64,000 bases of DNA. It comes from a virus. Lineage: Duplodnaviria; Caudoviricetes. Where the stretch lies: positions 64,950 to 128,949 of IMG/VR virus record IMGVR_UViG_3300030376_006003. One strand, given 5' to 3'. Positions 38,013 through 47,704 of this stretch are shown in pieces. Position numbers and translations under genes: made by a program. Position 1 is the stretch's first letter; the number at the start of each line of letters is the position of its first letter. The notes under the pieces were generated by a model. It was not told the origin of the DNA and made no database searches. It saw only the letters and a program-made list of their open reading frames with translations.

Positions 38013-38990
38013 ATGATTAGTACAAAGAATTTTATCAGTGAACACAATGAGATCAAGAGTGGTTGGGTATTCCAATACTATCTGAGTCTTCCTGAACGGT
38101 TGATGGGACAAGATATACAAATCAAATCCATATTCAATCCTTCAGAGAGAACTCCTAGTATGTATATATACTTAGACCCTTCTTGTATGGAATATAAATT
38201 TAAGGATTTCTCTACGGGGAAACAAGGTAGTAAGATTGATATAGTTCAACATCTATTTAATTTGACATATAGTCAAGCTTTATTTAAAATCACAGAGGAT
38301 TACAATTCATGGATCATGGATGGTGGTTTCCTTGAGGAGGACCCGGAGTATAAGCCTGTGTCCAGATATAAAGTTGATTATATTTCTAAAAGAGAATGGA
38401 GCACACAGGATGCTAAGTATTGGTTACAATACAATATAGGTACATCTATGCTTAAAGAGTATAATGTTTTTCCTATTGAGTATTATAACATGGTCAAAGA
38501 TTCTGAGGAAGGAATAGATAAGTTAGTAATACGCAATCAGTTAATGTATGGTTATTATACTGCGGCTGGTAAGTGTTACAAGATATATCAACCCAAACAA
38601 AAGAGTTATAAATTTATAAAGATAGATAGTCACCTACAAGGGCTTGAACAGCTTAAGTATGATAAAGACTACCTAGTAATATGTTCCTCACTTAAGGATG
38701 CAATGTGTCTAAAGTCATTTAACTTTGGCGTAGATGTCATAGCACCAGACAGCGAGAACACTATCATCAAACCTTATATTATAAGTAATCTTAAGTCTAA
38801 ATATAAAAAATTGTTATCTTTGTTGGATAATGATGAAGCAGGTCATGCTGGTATGGAGAAGTATAAAAAGACATATAACATAGATGGTATCTATCTCAAA
38901 TCAGAGAAAGATATATCTGATGCTGTGGCTAAATACGGATTCAGTACAGTGCAACCTAAATTGTTTAGTTTAATTAAGAATTCTATATAA
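38013..38990 (+). CDS. DNA primase (crAss-like TOPRIM)
   Basis: ERTPS...FKDFSTG N-domain; KIYQP, SSLKDAMCL, SE, DNDEAG, KDISD. Confidence 0.85.
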   Translation: MISTKNFISEHNEIKSGWVFQYYLSLPERLMGQDIQIKSIFNPSERTPSMYIYLDPSCMEYKFKDFSTGKQGSKIDIVQHLFNLTYSQALFKITEDYNSWIMDGGFLEEDPEYKPVSRYKVDYISKREWSTQDAKYWLQYNIGTSMLKEYNVFPIEYYNMVKDSEEGIDKLVIRNQLMYGYYTAAGKCYKIYQPKQKSYKFIKIDSHLQGLEQLKYDKDYLVICSSLKDAMCLKSFNFGVDVIAPDSENTIIKPYIISNLKSKYKKLLSLLDNDEAGHAGMEKYKKTYNIDGIYLKSEKDISDAVAKYGFSTVQPKLFSLIKNSI

Positions 38991-39397
38991 TGGAAATAGG
39001 GACCTTTGATAGCTGGTTTATACCGGGTAACGTACCAAGCTCTAAAAATAGCAGGCAGTGGACAGGTAAATACTTTATAGTCAGTAAGACTGTAACTAAG
39101 TATAGACAGGCTACTAATGCTATATATATAGAGAAGAAAGATTCTTTTATTAAGAGTTTTGAAGAATTGGAGTTACCCGTGTATGTAACCTTTAAGTTTT
39201 TTAGGAATAGTAGACGTAAGTTTGATTATGTTAATCCTTTACAAACAGTACAGGATGATATGGTTAAACATGGTTGGATTCCTGATGATAACTGTGATTA
39301 TATAATCCCGGTGTTTGAAGAATATGAATATAATAAAAACGGTTCAGGAGTTTTAATTAAATTAGATGACAAAAGAAACAAAAAAATCAGAATGTAA
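38990..39397 (+). CDS. RusA-like Holliday junction resolvase
   Basis: VPSSKNS...DYVN...QD.M...IPDDN. Confidence 0.75.
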   Translation: MEIGTFDSWFIPGNVPSSKNSRQWTGKYFIVSKTVTKYRQATNAIYIEKKDSFIKSFEELELPVYVTFKFFRNSRRKFDYVNPLQTVQDDMVKHGWIPDDNCDYIIPVFEEYEYNKNGSGVLIKLDDKRNKKIRM

Positions 39398-39812
39398 AAC
39401 TTGCTTAACTATAAGTTTAAAAGTTTTTAATAATATAAAAGCAATGATTAAGTCCTCCAATGAAGAGGACTTTTTTATTGGCATGAAGATGTGGTTTGCA
39501 ATGAATCCGCCTGATATGCTTACAGCTATACTTAGGAAACACGCATGGAAAGGTAGAGGTCATGACTTTGATGAATTTCAAAAATCAGAAAAGAAATGGT
39601 CCCTTGAATTTCAATCTCACAGGTTATCTTGGCCTGCTATCTTAGCACGTATTATGCATCTCTCTGATCCTACAGTAGTAGGACCGGATTATAAACAGTG
39701 GGAAGATATAATAAATCAAGAAGCTAATGCCTATATAAATCAGAAATTATATAATGAAGGAATAGGTGAACACATTGAACCAATTAAATTTAAATTAAAA
39801 TGGCATATTTAG
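39366..39812 (+). CDS. Hypothetical protein with shared 'AM(I/L)...NxED' helical motif
   Basis: IKAMIKSSNEEDFFIGMKM; motif shared with the 42500 and 43539 ORFs. Confidence 0.7.
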   Translation: MTKETKKSECKTCLTISLKVFNNIKAMIKSSNEEDFFIGMKMWFAMNPPDMLTAILRKHAWKGRGHDFDEFQKSEKKWSLEFQSHRLSWPAILARIMHLSDPTVVGPDYKQWEDIINQEANAYINQKLYNEGIGEHIEPIKFKLKWHI

Positions 39813-40000
39813 TGAGCCCTTGCTGTGGCTATGATTACAGCGACAAAGTAGATGAAGAAGGTTATGAAGTATATGTATGTGACCATCCAAAGTGTGGTGA
39901 AGAGTTTGATGAACCACTAGAAGATTATGAATATGAAGCCCGTGTGCGTGAAAGTCACGCAGAAATGATGGCTGATGAACGTAGAGATTTAGGATTATGA
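39800..40000 (+). CDS. Small acidic Zn-ribbon protein
   Basis: SPCCG...CDHPKCGE. Confidence 0.65.
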   Translation: MAYLVSPCCGYDYSDKVDEEGYEVYVCDHPKCGEEFDEPLEDYEYEARVRESHAEMMADERRDLGL

Positions 40001-41157
40001 ATACACAAGATCAAATAGCAAGGGCTGCAAAGACCCTTATGTTAATGGAGCCGTTCTATGGCTATTTTCTTATTGGACTAAATAAGAAGATTATAAAGAC
40101 TATACCAACTGCTGGTGTTAGTAAGAAGGGTATAAACGTAGATCTATCAGTTAACCCTGAATTTTTTGATAAGTTACCTGAGAAGCATCGTATAGGTTTA
40201 CTTAAGCATGAGTTATTACACATATCATTTGGACATTTAATAATGAGAGATCGTTATGAGGACCATAGATTGTTTAATATAGCTGCTGATCTAGAGATCA
40301 ACCAGTATATTGATGATGACTACCTTCCTGAAGGTGGTATAAATATGGAAATGTTTGAGGATCTTAATCTAGATGCTAGAGCAGGTACTGATTATTACTA
40401 TAAAAAGCTTGATGAAGCTAGAAAAGAAGGTAACTGCAGCGTTCTTGATGGTATACTTGCACAAATGGATGGTAACAGTATATATGATCATCCAACTTGG
40501 GAAGACTTTAATGAGTTATCAGAAGCTGATAAGAAGTTAGTTCAAAAACAAATTGAGCATCAACTTAAGGAGACTACTGATACTATACGTAAGAGACAGG
40601 GTACTATCCCTGGTGAATTAGCTGAAGTATTAGATAGATTATTCAAAGTAGAACCTCCAAGTTTTAATTGGAAAGCATACTTAAGAAGATTTGTTGGTAA
40701 CTCATCTATTTCTTATACAAAGAAGCTTAGACGTAAATACAATAAAAGGTATACGGTTAATCCGGGCCTTAAGATTAAGTTTAAAAATCATATTCTTGTG
40801 GGTGTAGATACATCTGGCTCAGTATCAACTAGTGAGCTTAAGGAATTCATGAATGAACTTGTACATATGCATAAGACTGGGCATCAAATCACTGTAGCGC
40901 AATGTGATACTCAGATCAATAGCATAGAAGTATTCAACCCAAAGAAAGATTGGGACATAAAAGGAAGAGGTGGTACTGACTTTCAACCAGTTGTAGATCA
41001 TTATAATGAAAAGAAAGATAGGTATACAGCTCTTATATATTTAACGGATGGAGAGGCATATACTCCAGAAAATTGTCCAAAGAATGCATTATGGGTACAC
41101 AGCACACGGTGTAGCATCAATGAAGATTTACCAGGACAGAAAATTCAAATTAATTAA
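39997..41157 (+). CDS. Metallopeptidase-vWA protein (DUF2201-like)
   Basis: HELLH (HExxH), FNIAADLEIN, VDTSGS MIDAS, GRGGTDF, LTDG. Confidence 0.9.
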   Translation: MNTQDQIARAAKTLMLMEPFYGYFLIGLNKKIIKTIPTAGVSKKGINVDLSVNPEFFDKLPEKHRIGLLKHELLHISFGHLIMRDRYEDHRLFNIAADLEINQYIDDDYLPEGGINMEMFEDLNLDARAGTDYYYKKLDEARKEGNCSVLDGILAQMDGNSIYDHPTWEDFNELSEADKKLVQKQIEHQLKETTDTIRKRQGTIPGELAEVLDRLFKVEPPSFNWKAYLRRFVGNSSISYTKKLRRKYNKRYTVNPGLKIKFKNHILVGVDTSGSVSTSELKEFMNELVHMHKTGHQITVAQCDTQINSIEVFNPKKDWDIKGRGGTDFQPVVDHYNEKKDRYTALIYLTDGEAYTPENCPKNALWVHSTRCSINEDLPGQKIQIN

Positions 41158-41176
41158 CCAAATAAAAAAAAAAGAA

Positions 41177-42442
41177 ATGGCAGAAGTAAATTTAAACATT
41201 GAGGAATTAGACTCATTTGTAGGTCACATTATTGAAAACAACAGATTTTTACAGAAAGATGGCAAGAAGCCAGTAGCAATTGAAGTAGTAGGTGAGTCAG
41301 GTATTGGTAAGACTACCTCTATTATGGATATGGCTAAGAAACATGAGTTAGATTTTGTTAAGTTAAACTTAGCACAGATAGAAGAGTTAGGTGATCTAGT
41401 AGGATTCCCTGTAAGACAGTTCCAAATGTTCAAGGAAAAAACAGTTAAGATGACTGAGAAAGAGATGTTAAATTACAACTCTAGAGCAGCTGCATCTGAA
41501 GATTTAGCTAAAATGCCTCAAACTATAACTAAGAAGATTGGTCAATGGGTTGATGAGTTAGCTGTATCTGACTATTTAAAGAGTGGTTACAAGATGACCG
41601 GTAAGAATAGAATGTCTTATTGTGCACCTGAATGGATTGCTGATAAAAAGAAAGGTGGTATACTATTATTAGATGACTGGAACCGTGCAGATGTTAGGTT
41701 TATCCAGGCATGTATGGAGTTGGTTGACCGTCAGACTTATATCTCATGGACATTACCTGAAGATTGGCATATTATACTAACAGCTAACCCGGATAATGGA
41801 GATTACATGGTAAACTCTGTTGATGCTGCTCAGAAGACTCGTTATATCACAGCAAATCTTAAGTTTGATATTGATGTATGGGCAAAATGGGCTGAGGCAG
41901 AAGGAATTGATACAAGATGTATTAACTTCTTACTGTTAAATCCAGAACTAGTTAGTCAAGAGACTAATGCTAGATCTATATCTACGTTCTTTAATGCTAT
42001 CTCTGGTATAGAGAAGTTTGAAGAGCAACTACCATTAATCCAAATGATTGGTGAAGGTTCAGTAGGAGATGAATTCTCTTCTATGTTTACTATGTTTATT
42101 AACAACAAGTTAGACAAATTACCTACACCAAAGGACCTGTTAACTCACGACAATGAAGCACATGTTATTGGATTATTAACAGGAGCAATTGGTAAAGATG
42201 ATGACTATCGTGCAGATATTGCATCAACATTAGCTACAAGATTAGCTAACTATTCAGTAGTATACTCAACTGAGAATACTATTAATCAGAAGATAACAGA
42301 CAGATTGATAACATTATGTACTAAGAATCATTTTGCTAATGACCTTAAGTATTTAATTGTTAGAACTATCTTTAACGGTAATAAGAAGAAGTTTAATAAA
42401 CTTATGCTTAACCCGGAGATAATCAAGATGACTGTTAAGTAA
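41177..42442 (+). CDS. MoxR-like AAA+ ATPase (probable start 41177)
   Basis: GESGIGKT, DLVGFP, LLLDDWNRA, LTANP, VDAAQKTR, NARS; A-rich leader before ATG 41177. Confidence 0.9.
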   Translation: MAEVNLNIEELDSFVGHIIENNRFLQKDGKKPVAIEVVGESGIGKTTSIMDMAKKHELDFVKLNLAQIEELGDLVGFPVRQFQMFKEKTVKMTEKEMLNYNSRAAASEDLAKMPQTITKKIGQWVDELAVSDYLKSGYKMTGKNRMSYCAPEWIADKKKGGILLLDDWNRADVRFIQACMELVDRQTYISWTLPEDWHIILTANPDNGDYMVNSVDAAQKTRYITANLKFDIDVWAKWAEAEGIDTRCINFLLLNPELVSQETNARSISTFFNAISGIEKFEEQLPLIQMIGEGSVGDEFSSMFTMFINNKLDKLPTPKDLLTHDNEAHVIGLLTGAIGKDDDYRADIASTLATRLANYSVVYSTENTINQKITDRLITLCTKNHFANDLKYLIVRTIFNGNKKKFNKLMLNPEIIKMTVK

Positions 42443-42455
42443 TATTAATTTAAAC

Positions 42456-42480
42456 CAGGGGAGCCCAGCGCTCCTCTGTG
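42456..42480 (+). terminator. Hairpin
   Basis: GGGGAGC-ccagc-GCTCCTC; similar in sequence to the hairpin at 46790. Confidence 0.55.
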
Positions 42481-42499
42481 TTTATTAAAGAAATAAGAA

Positions 42500-43573
42500 A
42501 TGGCAAAGAAAACAGTTTTTCAACCAATAGACATACAGAAATATGATGACATGGGTTATGATACCAGTGTTACTACACATATGGGTATACCTACTAATGC
42601 TTCATGTGATAATATAGAGACTATATTAGTTACTGAATCTAATTCAGATTACCATGAATTAGTTGGTACACTAGAAAATGAAACACCACGTACTCAGCAG
42701 GGATTAACAGGATTGACTAAAGCATTCCTTTTACCAGGTATATCAATTAGTGCGGATAGATTAAAGGCAGCTTTAAAAGAGCACAGTATAACGGTTACTA
42801 ATGATTATACAAAAGCAGACTTTATAGTTACTGATGAAATGGTATCTGATGAACATGATTCTACTTTTAGATCTAATAAATTAATGCATCATAAAACTAA
42901 TATGTATATGGTTTATGACGGGCCAGCTGATACTTACTATAATAGAACAGGTAATTTTATGATATGGTGTGATAAGGTATCTAAAGATTATAGATTGCAT
43001 AATTGTAATTATGATTCTGCAGCCTATGATGTATATGGGATAACAGGATTAGCAATTGAGCTTGGATCTAAGATAAAGGCCGGAGAACTTCAAGTGGTAA
43101 ATCAGGATACTGTGATAAATGCTTCTGCATCTATTCAAGATTTAACAGAGGAGTTAAAGGATCAGCTTATAGCAATGCTTAATGGTAATGAAGATGACAA
43201 GAATATGGCAGCGGGAATCCTTCCTACTATAAATTATACTAGTCAACCAGCTTTATTATACTTATTATTCAAAGCAGTAGGTAGTAGAATAAGTTGGGAT
43301 TTTAGTAGAAATAAAGATTTAGATTGGTGGAAGGATAAAGCTAAGTTAGATACATTAGAACGTAAGAATGCTGAGCAGGCTATTCAATACTTTGAGCATC
43401 ACGGGGTACTAGACTCTAGAAACTTTAAGATGTTAGAACCTTTATGCAGAGAAGAGATTAGTATATCTAACAGAGAGCTGTATTCATTTACAGTACAAGT
43501 TAAACCAGAATGGAGAAAATATTTAAAAAAACAAAAAAATGAAAGAAAAGGAAGCACTACAGATAAGAATTAA
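42500..43573 (+). CDS. Hypothetical protein, BRCT-like plus helical domain (paralog A)
   Basis: FLLPGISISADRLK...TNDYTKADFIV and LIAMLNGNEDD. Confidence 0.7.
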   Translation: MAKKTVFQPIDIQKYDDMGYDTSVTTHMGIPTNASCDNIETILVTESNSDYHELVGTLENETPRTQQGLTGLTKAFLLPGISISADRLKAALKEHSITVTNDYTKADFIVTDEMVSDEHDSTFRSNKLMHHKTNMYMVYDGPADTYYNRTGNFMIWCDKVSKDYRLHNCNYDSAAYDVYGITGLAIELGSKIKAGELQVVNQDTVINASASIQDLTEELKDQLIAMLNGNEDDKNMAAGILPTINYTSQPALLYLLFKAVGSRISWDFSRNKDLDWWKDKAKLDTLERKNAEQAIQYFEHHGVLDSRNFKMLEPLCREEISISNRELYSFTVQVKPEWRKYLKKQKNERKGSTTDKN

Positions 43574-44729
43574 TACATATGGGTTAGATGAAGACAGCCC
43601 AAACATAGACTTAAGTATAGTTAATATTAAACCTTGTATAATATTAGATTATGAAAACAATAGTTATCATCAGAACAGTCAATTTTTAAATAATTTATTT
43701 AGTAGAGTAACACATGACCAGAATTTTGATATTACAAAGTATGAGAAATTTTATAGGTATCCTAACCTAGATTTATCTAGAGATAAAATGGATGCTGTTA
43801 AAACTAAATATAATGTAAGAAAGGTTCTTGATATTGATAAAGCTGATTTTAGAATTATCAGTCAAACTACTGTTAAAAAATTAACATCATATACTTGGCG
43901 TAATTCACTATCATCAGCACAATGGTTCAAAGCCGCATTAGATAAATATCCAAATGCATTTAATGATGAAACAAAAGCAATGTTTATTACAGCAACAGAC
44001 CATCTAGATGATGAACATGTAGTATTATTTGATACTGACCGTAGATATGGTTCAAAATATAAAAATAAGGATTTAGCAGGATTCTTAGATGCACTTGATA
44101 AAATGCAGCATACTGCTGTAACTATGGTTGAAGGTCAAAAAAATATGGATGTATTCAAAAGTCTATATGACCCTAATATCATATATGTTACAGACACCTA
44201 TATGAATGAGCTATCTGGTGAGGATTCTATTACTCTAGACGCTGAGTCTTATAAAAGTATCCGTGCTATGTTAAAAACTGGAAATAAAGAGGATTTAACT
44301 GTAGGTATGACTATGATGGCTAATTGTAACGTAGCAAAGTCTAAAACATACCTAGGATTACTGTTCTTTCACTTTAGTGACACTCTGAGAGGAGGGCCCG
44401 TATGGAACCAAGTAGCTTTTAAGACACTTAAAAAGCAATTTGATAAATATGTACTGGAGAATAACCATTATCATTCTAATAGATATTCAGAATGCATTAA
44501 GTTATTAGCGGAAGATGATGCTTTAACACTTGAAGCAACTGAGCACCTTATTAACTTAGTATTTAAACATGTCATCAATGGTAACAGTGGTATCAATGAA
44601 AAACGTAGTGTATTCAGATTGAATAAAACGTCTATCAAACTGAGTGAAGAAGTTAGAGAGAAGATCAATAATGGGTCTTCTATGTCTAAAGAATATTTAA
44701 TGCATCATACTGATGATTTACCATTTTAA
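43539..44729 (+). CDS. Hypothetical protein, BRCT-like plus helical domain (paralog B), ends DDLPF
   Basis: FYRYPNLDLSRDKMD...VLDIDKADFRII and IRAMLKTGNKED. Confidence 0.7.
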   Translation: MKEKEALQIRINTYGLDEDSPNIDLSIVNIKPCIILDYENNSYHQNSQFLNNLFSRVTHDQNFDITKYEKFYRYPNLDLSRDKMDAVKTKYNVRKVLDIDKADFRIISQTTVKKLTSYTWRNSLSSAQWFKAALDKYPNAFNDETKAMFITATDHLDDEHVVLFDTDRRYGSKYKNKDLAGFLDALDKMQHTAVTMVEGQKNMDVFKSLYDPNIIYVTDTYMNELSGEDSITLDAESYKSIRAMLKTGNKEDLTVGMTMMANCNVAKSKTYLGLLFFHFSDTLRGGPVWNQVAFKTLKKQFDKYVLENNHYHSNRYSECIKLLAEDDALTLEATEHLINLVFKHVINGNSGINEKRSVFRLNKTSIKLSEEVREKINNGSSMSKEYLMHHTDDLPF

Positions 44730-44731
44730 TT

Positions 44732-45733
44732 ATGAGAAAAGATAAAAGTAAAGAACAACAATTTATTAAACAAGTAGACAAGGGGGAGTTTCAATTTAGT
44801 TACTCCTCCTTGAACAAGCTTATGTTCTCACCGTCTTTATTCTATAAGGATTATATTCTTAAGGATAGAGAAGTGAGGACTGATAAGCATTTGATTCAAG
44901 GTAAACTTGTCCACTTATTATTATTACAACCAGAAGAGTTTGACAATCAATTTGTATTGATGCCGTCTAAGCTTCCTTCTGATTCTTTAAGAAAAGTTCT
45001 AAATCAAATCAGTTTAAACACTGAAATGAAAGAATTAAGTCTAGTTGATGATGCAGCTATACTTAAGGCGCTTAAAGAAATTGGATTATATCAATCTCTG
45101 AAAGATGAGGCTAAGCGTGTAGCTAAGGTCCGTACCACGGAGTGTGAAGATTACTACGCATTCTCTCATCATAAGAATGTAGATGTTATTGATCAAGAGA
45201 CCTTAACTAAATGTACTGAGTCAGTTCAATTAATAAAGGAAAATAAGTCTGTTATGTCATTGTTATCTGATGAACCAACAGACTTTGAGATGGACGGTCT
45301 TGAAGTATATAATGAAGCCCCTTTAAGTTGTGAACTAGATAAACATAAGTTTGGATTAAAAGGTATCATAGATAGATATGTAGTAGATCATGATAAAAAA
45401 GAGATCAAAATTATAGATGTTAAAACTACAGGAAAGACTATTGCAGACTTCCCTGAAACGGTAGAATTCTATAATTATTGGCTTCAAGCAGCTGTTTATG
45501 TCACTTTAGTATCAAAAAACATTACTAAAAAGGAGGAAAATTACAAAATTAACTTTACCTTTATAGTAATAGATAAGTATAACCAAATTTATGATTTCCC
45601 CGTATCTATTAATACTATGAATACTTGGGGAGATGGTTTTATGAATATTCTAGAAATGGCAGAGTTTCACATTAAAGAGAATAATTATGATCTACCTTAT
45701 CAATTCTTACAGAAAAAGAAAGTTATATTATAA
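44732..45733 (+). CDS. PD-(D/E)XK exonuclease (RecE/Cas4-like)
   Basis: FSYSSL...GKLVH...E...KGIIDR...IDVKTT...YWLQAAVY. Confidence 0.85.
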   Translation: MRKDKSKEQQFIKQVDKGEFQFSYSSLNKLMFSPSLFYKDYILKDREVRTDKHLIQGKLVHLLLLQPEEFDNQFVLMPSKLPSDSLRKVLNQISLNTEMKELSLVDDAAILKALKEIGLYQSLKDEAKRVAKVRTTECEDYYAFSHHKNVDVIDQETLTKCTESVQLIKENKSVMSLLSDEPTDFEMDGLEVYNEAPLSCELDKHKFGLKGIIDRYVVDHDKKEIKIIDVKTTGKTIADFPETVEFYNYWLQAAVYVTLVSKNITKKEENYKINFTFIVIDKYNQIYDFPVSINTMNTWGDGFMNILEMAEFHIKENNYDLPYQFLQKKKVIL

Positions 45734-46311
45734 TGGTCAAACTTTTTAAAACTTATTTTCAAAAAAGCAAAGTATTTTTATATCCTTTACTTGGCATAAG
45801 CAAAGGCACAAGTTTCGTACCTGAAGAAACTTATATGGCCTGGAAAGATGTTTATGACGTTAGGGATATGAAATTATTTTGTTTATATCATCATGAGTCT
45901 ACTGAAAAGTATTTAAAATTTGAGAGAACTAAGTTATTAAAGCATGTTGATTTTTATGATTATAATAAGATAGGTAAAGATAGGCATCTATATATATTTG
46001 ATCTAAGTAATTATCCTCAGACTTGGCTAGCTGTTGTAAGCGGATTATACTCTAAAACAAATGAAAGAGAAAAGAAAAGAATTTTGGATTTCTTTGGAGA
46101 AAAGGGTGTAATTGGAGAAACAGTAGAAAGCTACTTGTATCCTGAATATTATCATGAAGACTATGCACAACATTTAAATGTAGGAATAGATTTAATAAAA
46201 AATGTATGGGAAGTATGTGACAAACCTGATCTAGGAAAAGAAACTTTAAAAGAAAAAGGTAAACAACTATCCATTATTAAAAATAAATCTATATCTTTGT
46301 ACAAACAATAA
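45733..46311 (+). CDS. Hypothetical protein
   Basis: TAATG coupling; FLYPLL...GLYSK pattern. Confidence 0.75.
   Translation: MVKLFKTYFQKSKVFLYPLLGISKGTSFVPEETYMAWKDVYDVRDMKLFCLYHHESTEKYLKFERTKLLKHVDFYDYNKIGKDRHLYIFDLSNYPQTWLAVVSGLYSKTNEREKKRILDFFGEKGVIGETVESYLYPEYYHEDYAQHLNVGIDLIKNVWEVCDKPDLGKETLKEKGKQLSIIKNKSISLYKQ
46292..46299 (+). promoter_or_regulatory. Bacteroidota-type -7 element TATCTTTG
   Basis: About 30 nt upstream of the ATG at 46330, followed by an AACCAATAAAA leader. Confidence 0.6.
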
Positions 46312-46329
46312 ACCAATAAAAAACAAGAA

Positions 46330-46767
46330 ATGGAAAAAAATATGATGTTGGTCTCTGGAAACTGGGGACCTTATGAAACTTTCAAACTAATACCTGTAAA
46401 CACAGACTGCCCTTATGTAGAGGCTATATTTGATCCAAGTGGTAAAATACTTGCTGTTATATCAAAAAATATTAAAGCTGCTTATCACATGGTACCTAAA
46501 CTAGATGATAACGGAGATCAGATGCCAATGAAAATGGGCAAAAGATCTAATGGTAAAAACTTTAAAGAACAAAGAATAATGATGGATACTTATCAGGAGT
46601 ACTATGTTACTAAAGCTGATGAGATAACAGAATTAATTAAAGCATTTGCCATAAATGCAGATACATATGATTATAAAAAAATCATGGATACAGAAGTGCA
46701 AAGCTTAGAACCTGCAGCTAGTCCTTTGCCTGCTGAAAAAGCTACCAATCTTCAGATTGTAGAATAA
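46330..46767 (+). CDS. Hypothetical protein
   Basis: Has its own candidate promoter and terminator. Confidence 0.75.
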   Translation: MEKNMMLVSGNWGPYETFKLIPVNTDCPYVEAIFDPSGKILAVISKNIKAAYHMVPKLDDNGDQMPMKMGKRSNGKNFKEQRIMMDTYQEYYVTKADEITELIKAFAINADTYDYKKIMDTEVQSLEPAASPLPAEKATNLQIVE

Positions 46768-46786
46768 ATATGTTCATTTCTTCCAA

Positions 46787-46815
46787 GAGAGGGGAGCCTA
46801 GTGCTCCCTTTTTTT
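46787..46815 (+). terminator. Rho-independent terminator
   Basis: GGGAGC-ctagt-GCTCCC followed by a T run. Confidence 0.85.
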
Positions 46816-46833
46816 GGGTCCAATTTCTAATTT

Positions 46834-47688
46834 ATGGTAACAAAAGTAAAAAGAAAAACATTTACTATAAGACCATCTGGGAGAAGTACTGATTTTATTT
46901 CTCCTAGCTTTGGTCACGGTTGTTTATACAATTGTAGTTATTGTTATATGAAGCGTCACAAACCTAAAGGTTTAAGTGTAGCTACAAATACTGGTGACAT
47001 ACTAACTGCTATAAATAACCATGCATATTTTACTCCTGTAGATAAACCTAATCAAACACATCCTGAGTTTACTACATATGATATAAGTTGTAATGAAGAT
47101 TTTGCATTGCATGCTAAGTATCATGATTGGGAAAGGATATTTGAATTCTTTAAAGATCACCCTATTGCTATGGGTAGTTTTGCTACTAAGTATGTAAATC
47201 CGGATCTTACTACATTTGACCCTGAAGGAAAGATACGTGTAAGATTTAGTTTAATGCCACAACATATGGCAGACATTCATGAGCCAAAGACATCTAAAAT
47301 TATAGATAGAATAAAAGCAATTGATGCATTTATAGATGCTGGTTATGATGTACATGTTAATTATAGTCCTGTTATAGTTTATGATGGATGGTTAGAAGAT
47401 TATGAATTCTTATTTAACATGATGAATGATTATGTAGATTATAAGAAACAAGTATTAGCGGAAGTTATATTTCTTACACATAATTTTAAAAGACATGTTG
47501 TTAATTTAGAAAATCATCCTGAGACAGAGTTAACATTATGGACACCTGGTATACAAGAAACTAAAATTTCACAGTATGGCGGTAGTAATCTTAGGTATAA
47601 GCATACACTTAAGAGAGAATATATACAGCAGTTTAAAGAGCTGCACAATAGAAAGATACCTTGGAATAAGATAAGGTATATTTTTTAA
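46834..47688 (+). CDS. Spore photoproduct lyase-family radical SAM enzyme
   Basis: GCLYNCSYCY (CxxxCxxC); ISCNED, FATKY, RVRFSL, EPKTS...RI.A...AGY...P, YGG.NLRY follow the SplB motif order. Confidence 0.85.
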   Translation: MVTKVKRKTFTIRPSGRSTDFISPSFGHGCLYNCSYCYMKRHKPKGLSVATNTGDILTAINNHAYFTPVDKPNQTHPEFTTYDISCNEDFALHAKYHDWERIFEFFKDHPIAMGSFATKYVNPDLTTFDPEGKIRVRFSLMPQHMADIHEPKTSKIIDRIKAIDAFIDAGYDVHVNYSPVIVYDGWLEDYEFLFNMMNDYVDYKKQVLAEVIFLTHNFKRHVVNLENHPETELTLWTPGIQETKISQYGGSNLRYKHTLKREYIQQFKELHNRKIPWNKIRYIF

Positions 47689-47704
47689 CTTTAAATAATA
47701 TAAT

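Noticed and set aside
41048-41176. Track start of the AAA+ ATPase
   Set aside because: It overlaps the vWA gene by more than 100 nt; ATG 41177 has the typical A-rich leader
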